A DNA stretch of 64,000 bases, from the NCBI GenBank assembly GCA_041690295.1, contig JAWLHR010000001.1, positions 160,001 through 224,000 on the forward strand, in the 5' to 3' direction. A program made the position numbers and the translations under genes. This DNA comes from Bdellovibrionales bacterium (GTDB lineage Bacteria; Bdellovibrionota; Bdellovibrionia; Bdellovibrionales; UBA1609). The notes below the pieces were generated by a model. That model did no database searches. It saw nothing but the letters and a program-made list of their open reading frames with translations, and was not told the origin of the DNA. Positions 30,533 to 39,638 of this stretch are shown piece by piece; position 1 is the stretch's first letter, and each line of letters begins with the position of its first letter.

Positions 30533-30913
30533 TTAGCGAGCGTACTTCTTACCTAGGCTTTCGCGAATTTCAGCACCTTCAATGCTGAGCCGCGTCCACG
30601 GTATTGCAAGCAGGCGATCGGGTTCGATGGGTTCTTCGGTTTCTTCGCAGATCCCATACATGCCTTTTTCGATGCGCGAGAGCGCTGACTCGATTTCCAT
30701 TAATTGTTTACGCAGGCGTTCATGCATGCTGAGGAATTCACTTTCGGCCAGGGCGCGGAGCGTTTGGTCGCCTTCATCACCGCCCTTGGCGTCTTCACTA
30801 TTATAAAGATCCGCTCTGGATTCCCGCACTCGATTCAGTATGTCGGCTTTGGCGGCGATCAATTTGGCTTTGCACTTCTCGATCAGATCGGCCGTTAATC
30901 CTGTCGATGACAT
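30533..30913 (-). CDS. dksA: DksA/TraR family transcription factor, single-Cys type
   Basis: Coiled-coil tip DEGD, ALSRIEKGMYGICEETEEPI, RLLAIPWTRLS. Confidence 0.88.
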   Translation of the reverse strand: MSSTGLTADLIEKCKAKLIAAKADILNRVRESRADLYNSEDAKGGDEGDQTLRALAESEFLSMHERLRKQLMEIESALSRIEKGMYGICEETEEPIEPDRLLAIPWTRLSIEGAEIRESLGKKYAR

Positions 30914-31153
30914 GGTAAATTCCCCCTGTTTTTACCCCTGCTCCAATTGGATAGTGCCAATTTGGAACTGAACTATTTACACATTAACCATGTCCTTTTT
31001 GCAAGAAAATTTCTTAAAGGGTCTTACAACTTCTGATGCTCCGTCCCACCCTTTAACTCCTCGTCCAAAGGACTGATGTCAATTGTACTTAATTGATGGC
31101 GCCAACTCCAAACTGGATATTGGTCCAGTCGCAATTCGAGACAAAGTCATCCG

Positions 31154-31630
31154 TCAAAAGGTGAAGGAATTAACGATCACCGGCTTCCAAACATAATTCT
31201 CATGAATCCAAGCTATGTTTCCGGCTTCGTCCTCGACTTTGATCCATTCCTCGGCCGTGTCCACGCGCTTGAATGGTGTATAGCGATCCACGGTCCGTAA
31301 ATGGGCGGGAGGTGACGAGCGGTTGGATGGTTGCTGGCGCAAGACCGCCACATTCACCTTCACCACCACACACCGGTCTTTCGTGTTCAAGTCGGAGAGC
31401 TGCGCCCAATGGATTTCGCCATCCAAATCCTGCAATTTGCCCCAGCCGTTTTTTTTCTCAAGAAGTAAAAAAGGCATGTATTTGGCCACCCGCCAGCTGA
31501 GCGGATGTTTGGTTCCCGGTCCTTTGCGCAAACTGATGTAACCTTTGGCGCAAACCGGTTGGGCCCAAGCTTGAACGGAGAACATAAACAAACAGCCGAA
31601 AATCAGGACCGGCGCCAACAGCTTCATCAC
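31154..31630 (-). CDS. Exported tandem bacterial SH3 domain protein
   Basis: Signal peptide; LRKGPG...W.K..D.DG...W repeated as LRQQP...WIKVEDEAG..AWIH. Confidence 0.8.
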   Translation of the reverse strand: MMKLLAPVLIFGCLFMFSVQAWAQPVCAKGYISLRKGPGTKHPLSWRVAKYMPFLLLEKKNGWGKLQDLDGEIHWAQLSDLNTKDRCVVVKVNVAVLRQQPSNRSSPPAHLRTVDRYTPFKRVDTAEEWIKVEDEAGNIAWIHENYVWKPVIVNSFTF

Positions 31631-32394
31631 AAATCCAATTCAATCATCACAGGCGAATGATCGCTTCCCGTTTGTTCATCAAAAATCCTGGCGGAACGAA
31701 GGTTTGGGGCCAGGTTCTTGGAAACGCAGATATGATCGATTCGCCATCCCTTGTTCGTGACACGCGCGTTTTCATAGTAGGCCCACCAGGTGTATCGCTC
31801 TTTCTCGTCGGGATAAAAATAACGATAGCTGTCGACGAAGCCGCTTTCCAGAAAGTTTTCCATCCAACGCCGTTCCTCAGGTAGAAAGCCGCTTTCTTTA
31901 CTCAGGGCGACCGGGTCGTAAACATCGATGTCCATGTAAGCCACATTGTAATCGCCCACCACGATGACCTTCTCGCCACTTCGCATTAATCGGATCACGT
32001 GCTGGCCGAAGCGTCGCAGGAACTCCTGCTTGAACTCGTGGCGCTCCATCCCCGATCCCCCATTAGGGAAGTAACAGTTGTACAAGACGAAATCTTTGAA
32101 GCGCGTGATGACCACGCGACCCTCGGTGTCAAATTTACGAATTCCGAAACCGCATTGCACATCAATGGGAACTGTTTTGGTGAAGGTGGCCGTCCCCGAA
32201 TACCCGGCCCTTGAGGCGGAGCACCAATAGCCGTGCCAGCCCTGGAGAGTCAGAGACTCTTCTTCCAGTTGATCGGGATGACATTTGGTCTCTTGGATGC
32301 ACAAAATATCCGGGTTTTGCGCCTGCCAAAATTCGTAGAATCCTTTTTGGGAAATCGCGCGCAAGCCATTCACGTTCCACGAGATAATTTTCAT
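31627..32394 (-). CDS. xth: Exodeoxyribonuclease III
   Basis: SWNVNGLRA, QETK, YFPNG, GDYN, GWRIDH, SDH. Confidence 0.95.
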   Translation of the reverse strand: MKIISWNVNGLRAISQKGFYEFWQAQNPDILCIQETKCHPDQLEEESLTLQGWHGYWCSASRAGYSGTATFTKTVPIDVQCGFGIRKFDTEGRVVITRFKDFVLYNCYFPNGGSGMERHEFKQEFLRRFGQHVIRLMRSGEKVIVVGDYNVAYMDIDVYDPVALSKESGFLPEERRWMENFLESGFVDSYRYFYPDEKERYTWWAYYENARVTNKGWRIDHICVSKNLAPNLRSARIFDEQTGSDHSPVMIELDL

Positions 32395-32492
32395 ATTGTG
32401 AAGGTCGGCCAAGGGCTTTCAGGTGTCAACCGGTGCCTTGATGAATGCGTGAATCTGTGGCACCCCTCTAATCACACACAAGGAGATAAGAT

Positions 32493-33017
32493 ATGCCCAT
32501 GATAGGTCAACCGGCTCCCCAGTTCGTGACTCCCGCCGTGGTCGACGGTGGAGATTTCAAAGACATCAATTTGTCCGATTACAAAGGCAAATGGGTTTGC
32601 CTCTTTTTCTATCCGCTGGATTTCACCTTCGTGTGCCCCACGGAAATCACGCAATTTCGTGAGTATCTGAAGGATTTCCGCGCCGAGGGTTGCGAAGTTC
32701 TCGGCTGCAGCATCGACAGCGTGCACTCGCACCGCCGCTGGATCAAAGATGATTTGGGTGATTTGGGATACCCTCTTCTCGGCGACGTCACTAAGCGCGT
32801 GTCCCGCGATTACGGTGTCCTTCTCGAGGATAAAGGCATCGCCACCCGCGGTACTTTCCTCATCGATCCGGAAGGACGCATTCAATACATGGCCATTCAC
32901 AATTTGGATGTCGGCCGCGACGCCAAAGAGATCCTGCGTGTGCTTCAAGGCTTGAAGTCCGGTGAGCTCTGTGGCGCCGGTTGGAAAAAAGGCGAGAAAC
33001 ACGTTCAACCCAAGTAA
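32493..33017 (+). CDS. ahpC: 2-Cys peroxiredoxin (AhpC/Prx1)
   Basis: FYPLDFTFVCPTE and resolving Cys in GELCGAGW. Confidence 0.93.
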   Translation: MPMIGQPAPQFVTPAVVDGGDFKDINLSDYKGKWVCLFFYPLDFTFVCPTEITQFREYLKDFRAEGCEVLGCSIDSVHSHRRWIKDDLGDLGYPLLGDVTKRVSRDYGVLLEDKGIATRGTFLIDPEGRIQYMAIHNLDVGRDAKEILRVLQGLKSGELCGAGWKKGEKHVQPK

Positions 33018-34205
33018 TTGTCTTACCTTCATTTTTACAAACAACTCGAAAGCACCGCCCGCACGCTCTTTCCGAGCCTGGGCGGTGTCGAGGTCGCGTG
33101 GGACCACCTGATCTCGCCGCTTGAACTGCGGTTGCCGAAAGACCTTCGTGTGACGGCCGAGCAAGCGATTCAAGCCTTTTACCGTGTCTCTAGACGGCGT
33201 GAATATCAAGACCAACTGACCCCGGATCCGGTGGGATCCGTTCCCATTCCCCATCAATCCGTGTTGATGGCTTATGATTTTCACTCCAATGAAGCGGGCG
33301 AACTTTTTCTGATCGAAATCAACACCAATGCTTCGGGATATTTGCTCGCGAGTGTCATGGAAATGGTGAAGCTCGGAATCAAACCCGAGGATTATCAGCC
33401 GCTCAAGCTTTTACGCGAAAGTTTTCTCTCGGAGCTGACCGCCTTCGGTCATCCGCACTCCAAAGCTCCCTTCGTCGCCATCACCGACGAAGATCTGCGG
33501 AACCAAAAAATGTACCCTGAGTTCCTAATGTACCGCGACCTCTTCACCTCTTGGGGTTGGCGCGCCGAACTGGTCGAGGCCAAAGAATTCACTTTTCACG
33601 ACGGAAAACTGCGCACGCCGAAGGGCGAAATCGTCGATCTCGTCTATAACCGCGCGACGGATTTTTACTTTAATAATCCGGAACTTTCGGCGCTCCGCGA
33701 GGCTCATGTCGCGCGGGCGGCCTGCGTGACGCCGAACCCGAGGGAATATTGGCTTTTGGCGGACAAAGAGCGCTTGATTAACTTAAGTTTCGACGACTTC
33801 TGGCGACGGTTGAACGCGCCCGAATGTCGAGAAGCGATTCAAAAAGTTTTACTTCCCACCTATGAGAAATCCCATTTCAGCTCTGAAAATGAAATTTGGG
33901 ATCAGCGGAAAAGTTTGTTTTTCAAGCCCCGACAATCCCATGGCGGAAAATCAGTTTATCGCGGTGAAAGCGTATCGCGTAAAGTGTTCGAACGCCTGAT
34001 GAGCGAGGACGTGGTGATTCAACGATTCCAACCGGCGCAGAAATTTCCCACCGATGACCCGCGAAGCGTGCTCGCGAATTGGAAATTCGATATCCGATTT
34101 TTCGTTTACCAAGACAAAATTCAACTCGCGGCCGCGCGCGCTTATCAAGGACAAGTGACAAACTTCGCTTCCCCTCTTGGCGGCTTCACACTTGTCCAAT
34201 TTTGA
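33018..34205 (+). CDS. Circularly permuted ATP-grasp ligase-like protein
   Basis: MAYDFH, LIEINTN, DLVYNR, LADK, FKP..SHGGK, KFDIR, QVTNF...GG in glutathionylspermidine-synthase-like order. Confidence 0.65.
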   Translation: MSYLHFYKQLESTARTLFPSLGGVEVAWDHLISPLELRLPKDLRVTAEQAIQAFYRVSRRREYQDQLTPDPVGSVPIPHQSVLMAYDFHSNEAGELFLIEINTNASGYLLASVMEMVKLGIKPEDYQPLKLLRESFLSELTAFGHPHSKAPFVAITDEDLRNQKMYPEFLMYRDLFTSWGWRAELVEAKEFTFHDGKLRTPKGEIVDLVYNRATDFYFNNPELSALREAHVARAACVTPNPREYWLLADKERLINLSFDDFWRRLNAPECREAIQKVLLPTYEKSHFSSENEIWDQRKSLFFKPRQSHGGKSVYRGESVSRKVFERLMSEDVVIQRFQPAQKFPTDDPRSVLANWKFDIRFFVYQDKIQLAAARAYQGQVTNFASPLGGFTLVQF

Positions 34206-34263
34206 GACGTTTTTGAGCGTTTTTACCCTCTAGTCTTGACCGTATTAGTCCGAGAAGATTCAT

Positions 34264-36111
34264 GTGACGATGAAAGCGGCAAGCCCACAAAGGCTCCGCC
34301 AGAGCGAAGATTACGGGGCCTTTGACCAATTGAATGGAAACCATCCTTGGCGGGACCGTGTACCCGAAGGCCTGATCCTGTATCCCGTTCGCAAGCTTTC
34401 CGGCGGTAAAGTCTCATACTTCAATTTTGATCTGGCCAAAGAGATGGGTTTGATCCCCAAGGATCATCCGCACCGGATGAATAAAGCGTTAAGCGACAAA
34501 ATCCTTGAAACGTTCTGTATCCGCATCATCAACGAGTACGACGTCAAACACGGCACGCGCTTTCCCACCCGGTCGATCAAGCCGAACCAGTACATGGCCA
34601 CGCGCTACCTGCAGTTGCAACACGCCGATAAATCGGGTCGCACCAGCGGTGACGGCCGTTGCGTTTGGAATGGAGTTTTCGTCGGCAACGGAAAAGTTTG
34701 GGACGTTTCCAGCCGCGGCACGGGTGTCACCGCTCTCGCACCCGGAGTCGTTGAAGCCGGAGAGCCGTTGAAATCCGGAAACAACGAACATGGCTACGGT
34801 TGCGGAATGGCGGAAATTGACGAGTTGTTCGGCGCCGCGATTTTGGCCGAAATTTTTCACCGCAATCAAATTCCGACCGAGCGAGTGCTCACCATCATTG
34901 ATTTGGGCAAGGGCATCGGGATCGGCGTTCGCGCCGCGCCCAATCTGATCCGACCCGCGCACATGTTCTTGTACCTGAAACAAGGTAAGCTGGATCCGCT
35001 TCGCCGCGCGGTCGATTACATGATTGATCGCCAGTGGGCCAATAAAGTCTGGCCGATCAAGCCCGACGACAAAGATCGATATGACAAATTGATGAAAGAA
35101 GTGACCCGCTCGTTCGCCCGTTTCGCCGCGCGCTTGGAGCGCGATTACATTTTCGCCTGGTTGGATTGGGACGGAGACAACGTTCTGGCCGATGCCGGTA
35201 TCATCGATTACGGCAGTGTTCGCCAGTTCGGTTTGCGCCACGACCAGTACCGCTATGACGACGTCGAACGCTGGTCGACTAATTTGAATGAGCAGCGCCT
35301 GAAAGCGCGTGAAATCGTGCGAACTTTCGCGCAAATGATTGAATTCATCAAAACCGGCGTGAAAACCCCTTTCCGCCAGTTCGACAACAGCCCGTGGCTG
35401 CGCGAATTCGACAAGGAATTCAATCAAGGCCTGCTGGAACATTTCCTTTTTCAAATCGGTTTTCCCGAGCCGCAGCGTCGGCTTTTAATGAACAAACATC
35501 GCAAAGACGTCGAGCGCTTTTTTGCCATTCACACGGAATTCGAGCGGGTCAAAACCTACCGGAAACTGCACAAGGTGGCCGATGGCATTCACCGGCCGGC
35601 GATCTTCAATATGCGCAAAGCCTTGGCCATGATGCCGGAGTATTTGTCGGAATTGCCGTCGGAGATGATCCCCCTTGTGGAATCCCGCGAATTTTTCGGC
35701 TGGATCTTGTCCTCACAGGCCGCCCGTAAGGACCGACGATTGACCCTTTATCGCCGGCGGCAAATCGCGGTTTGGCAGGAGTGTTATTTGCAACTGCTCC
35801 GTCGTGTCACCACGCCGGCCACATGGGCGAAAACGGTGGCGGCGGTGAAAGAACGCGCCCAAATGATCAATAATGAATGCCGGATCACCGGAAACGCCTT
35901 GATTCATATCGTGGATGAGATTCTGCGTTACCGACGACGAGGGCTTTCTGACGCCGAGATTCAAATGGCCATCGATGAATTGATTTCCGCGCAAACCTTG
36001 AATCCCGATCATAAATCCCCTTCAGCGCCCGCTAAAAGAGGTGCCCCGTCGGTTAAGAATCTAATGCGTAACTTTCTGTCCGTTGTGCACGGATATCGCG
36101 AAGATATTTGA
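34264..36111 (+). CDS. Divergent SelO/YdiU-family protein adenylyltransferase-like protein
   Basis: SGDGR, RGTG, IPTER, VRAAP..IR, DGDN, IDYGS align in order with SelO motifs. Confidence 0.7.
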   Translation: MTMKAASPQRLRQSEDYGAFDQLNGNHPWRDRVPEGLILYPVRKLSGGKVSYFNFDLAKEMGLIPKDHPHRMNKALSDKILETFCIRIINEYDVKHGTRFPTRSIKPNQYMATRYLQLQHADKSGRTSGDGRCVWNGVFVGNGKVWDVSSRGTGVTALAPGVVEAGEPLKSGNNEHGYGCGMAEIDELFGAAILAEIFHRNQIPTERVLTIIDLGKGIGIGVRAAPNLIRPAHMFLYLKQGKLDPLRRAVDYMIDRQWANKVWPIKPDDKDRYDKLMKEVTRSFARFAARLERDYIFAWLDWDGDNVLADAGIIDYGSVRQFGLRHDQYRYDDVERWSTNLNEQRLKAREIVRTFAQMIEFIKTGVKTPFRQFDNSPWLREFDKEFNQGLLEHFLFQIGFPEPQRRLLMNKHRKDVERFFAIHTEFERVKTYRKLHKVADGIHRPAIFNMRKALAMMPEYLSELPSEMIPLVESREFFGWILSSQAARKDRRLTLYRRRQIAVWQECYLQLLRRVTTPATWAKTVAAVKERAQMINNECRITGNALIHIVDEILRYRRRGLSDAEIQMAIDELISAQTLNPDHKSPSAPAKRGAPSVKNLMRNFLSVVHGYREDI

Positions 36112-36157
36112 CCTTTTGGGCTTGTTGTCGCCCCCCAAATCTCATATTTTACCAGAC

Positions 36158-37126
36158 ATGTGGGTTATTACTGGAGCCACGGGCTTTATCGGTAGCGCTC
36201 TCGCCTGGGAACTGAACCAGCACGGCGAAAAGGACTTATTGCTCTCTGATCACGTCCCGCCGAGCGAGCGGCCGGATCATTTGCGAAAGCGGAAATACTC
36301 GGAATTCGTCCTCGCCGAGGACTTGTTCGAGCGTCTTCCCCAATGGGCCGCCAAAATCAAAGGTGTTTTCCACATGGGCGCTTGCTCAACCACCACCGAA
36401 ACCGATGAAGCCTATTTGCAAAAGAACAATGTTGAATATTCACAACGCATTTTCGAATTCTGCGCGAAAAACAAGATCCCATTGATTTACGCGAGCAGCG
36501 CCGCCACCTACGGTGACGGCAAGCAGGGTTTTGATGACGCCATTGACTCCAAATTGCTCAAGCCACTGAATCTCTACGGTTGGTCGAAGATCAAATTCGA
36601 TATTTGGGCGATGGCCCAAGAGGTCACGCCGCCGCGTTGGTACGGATTGCGCTTCTTCAATGTGTACGGGCCCAACGAGTACCATAAAGGCGAGCAAGCC
36701 AGTGTGGTGTTCAAGGCCTATAATCAGATCCGCGAGCACGGATCACTTCGCCTTTTCCGCTCTCATGATCCCAAGTACAAAGACGGCGAGCAACTTCGCG
36801 ATTTCGTCTACGTTAAGGACGTGACCCGCTGGATGCGCGAACTAATGGGCAAAGAATCCGTCCCGTCGGGAATTTACAATATGGGTTTCGGCCGGGCGCG
36901 CACTTGGTTGGATTTAGCCAAGAACACGTTTCTGGCGATGAACAAAGAGATGCGCATCGAATGGATCGACATTCCCGCCAGTATCCGCGATCAGTACCAA
37001 TACTTCACTGAAGCCAAAATGGACCGGTTTCTCAGCCATGGACTCACTCCACCTCAGTGGCCGCTGGAAGCCGGAGTCGAAGATTACGTGACTAATTATT
37101 TAACTCAAACGGACCGTTACCTATGA
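36158..37126 (+). CDS. hldD: ADP-L-glycero-D-manno-heptose 6-epimerase
   Basis: TGATGFIGS, HMGACS, YASSAATYG, PLNLYGWSK, FNVYGPNEYHKG, YQYFTEA. Confidence 0.95.
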   Translation: MWVITGATGFIGSALAWELNQHGEKDLLLSDHVPPSERPDHLRKRKYSEFVLAEDLFERLPQWAAKIKGVFHMGACSTTTETDEAYLQKNNVEYSQRIFEFCAKNKIPLIYASSAATYGDGKQGFDDAIDSKLLKPLNLYGWSKIKFDIWAMAQEVTPPRWYGLRFFNVYGPNEYHKGEQASVVFKAYNQIREHGSLRLFRSHDPKYKDGEQLRDFVYVKDVTRWMRELMGKESVPSGIYNMGFGRARTWLDLAKNTFLAMNKEMRIEWIDIPASIRDQYQYFTEAKMDRFLSHGLTPPQWPLEAGVEDYVTNYLTQTDRYL

Positions 37127-38862
37127 CCGCCACGACTCGGGGGAGAATTCCATCTCATTTGCTTCGTTACGTGGTCGATCAGGATTACGATCGGTACACT
37201 CCTGAAGACCACGCCGTCTGGCGTTTTATCCTGCGCCAGTTAAGGGATTACCTTTCCAAGCACGCTCACGAAAGTTACATGGCGGGTTTGGAAAAAACCG
37301 GAATCACGATTGATCGCATTCCGCGGATTTCCGAGATCGATGAACATTTGGAACGGCTGGGTTGGGGCGCGGTGCCGGTCAGCGGATTCATTCCGCCGGC
37401 GGCGTTCATGGAATTTCAAAGCCTGGGAATTTTACCCATCGCCAGCGATATGCGCTCGATACATCATCTGCTCTACACTCCGGCACCGGACATCGTGCAC
37501 GAGGCGGCGGGCCATGCGCCGTTTCTCGCGGATCCGGATTATGCCGCGTATTTGCGCCGCTACGGCGAAGTCGCCCGCCATGCCATCATCAGTCGTCAGG
37601 ACCTGGAACAATATGAAGCCATCCGCGTTCTCAGCGATGTCAAAGAACATCCCGACTCCACGCCTGAAGTTATCGCCGCGGCCGAAAAGCGTCTGGTCGA
37701 TGTGAATAACCGGATCAGCTTCGTTTCAGAGGCCGCGCTCCTTTCGCGAATGAATTGGTGGACCGCCGAGTACGGCTTGGTCGGCCGCTTGAACGAACCT
37801 AAAATTTACGGCGCGGGCCTTTTGTCGTCCGTGGGTGAATCGCGCCAATGCTTGAGTTCCCGAGTTAAAAAAATTCCCTTAACCGTGGACTGCGTGGATT
37901 ACGGCTATGACATCACGGAACCGCAACCCCAATTATTCGTGGCCGATGATTTTTCCCATCTGAGCGACGTCCTTGATGAACTCAAGGGTCGCATGGCTTA
38001 TCGTCTCGGTGGTGAGGCCGGATTGAAACGGGCGATCGAAGCGGAAACCGTGAACACGGTGGAGCTGGATTCGGGATTGCAGATCTCGGGATATCTCAAA
38101 GATTACGTCGGGCCGGATTTCGCGCTGGGAACATATCTCCGTTTTGAAGGGCCGGTGCAGCTGGCGTTTGACCGCGACGAAATCGCGGGACACGGGACAA
38201 CCCGTCACGCGCACGGCTATTCAACGCCGGTCGGTCCGATCAAAGGTCAGTCGATGCCGCTTCATAAATGTACATCGAGTGATTTGAGCCGATTCGGATT
38301 GCGATCGGGAGAGAAAGCCCGACTCGAATTTGAAAGCGGCGTCGTGGTTGAAGGCGAGTTCATCAAACCGCATTTTTACAACGATCAGCTCGTGCTCCTC
38401 ACCTTTAAAAACTGCCGTGTGACCTTGGGCGATCAGCTCTTATTTGACCCGGCCTGGGGTGAATACGATATGGGCGTGGGCGCCAAGATCAAATCCGTCT
38501 TTGGCGGGCCCGCCGATCGAGAGCGTTACGGCTCGACCGAAGATTTCGTGGCGCAAAGGGTTCCTCCGCGGAAATTCACCGAAAAACAAAAAAGCCGGCA
38601 CGACCTTTTTGCGTCCATTCGTGACGCCCGTGAAAACGGTGTGTCCGCGGATGGCTTCGAGAAGCTTTGCCGGTCCTATTTGGAATTGGATGCCGCGGAT
38701 TGGTTGCCGGGCATCGAGCTTTTGGAAATCAGTTATAAACGGAATATCGCAACGGAGATGCGCGACACGATTCTGCAGCGTTTGCGTCCGGACCAATTCA
38801 CCGCCGAGGAAACTCGCATGGCGGTTGAAGACGGCTTGAGGCTGGCGCGGGCAGGAGTATGA
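37123..38862 (+). CDS. Pterin-dependent aromatic amino acid (phenylalanine) hydroxylase, long form
   Basis: YTPAPDIVHEAAGH, WWTAEYGL, YGAGLLSS, YDITEPQP plus a ~280-aa C-terminal extension. Confidence 0.9.
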   Translation: MTATTRGRIPSHLLRYVVDQDYDRYTPEDHAVWRFILRQLRDYLSKHAHESYMAGLEKTGITIDRIPRISEIDEHLERLGWGAVPVSGFIPPAAFMEFQSLGILPIASDMRSIHHLLYTPAPDIVHEAAGHAPFLADPDYAAYLRRYGEVARHAIISRQDLEQYEAIRVLSDVKEHPDSTPEVIAAAEKRLVDVNNRISFVSEAALLSRMNWWTAEYGLVGRLNEPKIYGAGLLSSVGESRQCLSSRVKKIPLTVDCVDYGYDITEPQPQLFVADDFSHLSDVLDELKGRMAYRLGGEAGLKRAIEAETVNTVELDSGLQISGYLKDYVGPDFALGTYLRFEGPVQLAFDRDEIAGHGTTRHAHGYSTPVGPIKGQSMPLHKCTSSDLSRFGLRSGEKARLEFESGVVVEGEFIKPHFYNDQLVLLTFKNCRVTLGDQLLFDPAWGEYDMGVGAKIKSVFGGPADRERYGSTEDFVAQRVPPRKFTEKQKSRHDLFASIRDARENGVSADGFEKLCRSYLELDAADWLPGIELLEISYKRNIATEMRDTILQRLRPDQFTAEETRMAVEDGLRLARAGV

Positions 38863-39638
38863 ATTTAAATCTCGTTCTCGTTCGAACCGAACATTCCGCC
38901 AATGTGGGCGCCACCATGCGGGCCGTGGCCAACATGGGTTGGCACCGGCTGATCATGGTGAATCCCCGATGTAAAATCGACTCACAAGCGCGGCAAATGG
39001 CCGTGGGTTGCGCCGGCCGGTTATCCGAAATTGTTCACTATCCAACGTGGTCCGAGTTTTACGCGACCGAAGGTGAAGGTCTTCGCATCGCGCTGACCCG
39101 GCGGGCGGGGAAAAAGCGTCGAGTCACTCCTTTGGAACACGAAATTCAAGGGCTTGCGAAATCGGATGTGGAAAACCTTTACCTCATCCTCGGACCGGAA
39201 TCAGATGGTTTGGACAGCGAGGACATGGCGTTCGTGAATCATGCCTGTCACCTTCCCGTTTACGGGGATTTCGCCAGTTTGAATCTCAGCCAGGCCGCGC
39301 TTTTGGCCATGTACATCGTCCGGCGCGAAATCACCTCCGAGAATCGAGTTCAACTCACCACCGGCCGGCCGGCACGCCCCGTTCGCCCGTTTTATTTCCC
39401 GGATGGCACCATTCGCCGATGGTTGGAAGCGATGGGATTTGATATCTCGGCCCGCCGATCCAGCGCCTATCTCACCATACGCCGCTTGTTTTTGCAGAAC
39501 CGCCCCACCCGCCACGAAATGCAAGTTCTGGACGCGGTCCTTCAGCAAAATATCAGAAAACTTTCGGAACGAAGCGGGAATTCAGTCGGATTTTTTGCGG
39601 AAGAGCTGGCTGATCACCGTGGTGATGTCCGCAGTTAA
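38859..39638 (+). CDS. SPOUT RNA methyltransferase (TrmJ/TrmH family)
   Basis: NVGATMRAVANMG, LGPESDGL, SLNLSQA. Confidence 0.88.
   Translation: MNLNLVLVRTEHSANVGATMRAVANMGWHRLIMVNPRCKIDSQARQMAVGCAGRLSEIVHYPTWSEFYATEGEGLRIALTRRAGKKRRVTPLEHEIQGLAKSDVENLYLILGPESDGLDSEDMAFVNHACHLPVYGDFASLNLSQAALLAMYIVRREITSENRVQLTTGRPARPVRPFYFPDGTIRRWLEAMGFDISARRSSAYLTIRRLFLQNRPTRHEMQVLDAVLQQNIRKLSERSGNSVGFFAEELADHRGDVRS

Noticed and set aside
34200..34224. Short tandem TTTTGAG(A)CGT duplication
   Set aside because: Only two short imperfect units; low complexity
36109..36140. Selenocysteine readthrough of the SelO-like TGA; a weak TTTGGG/CCCAAA stem follows it
   Set aside because: No CxxU/USS context, the readthrough peptide is uninformative, and the region is better explained as the hldD promoter
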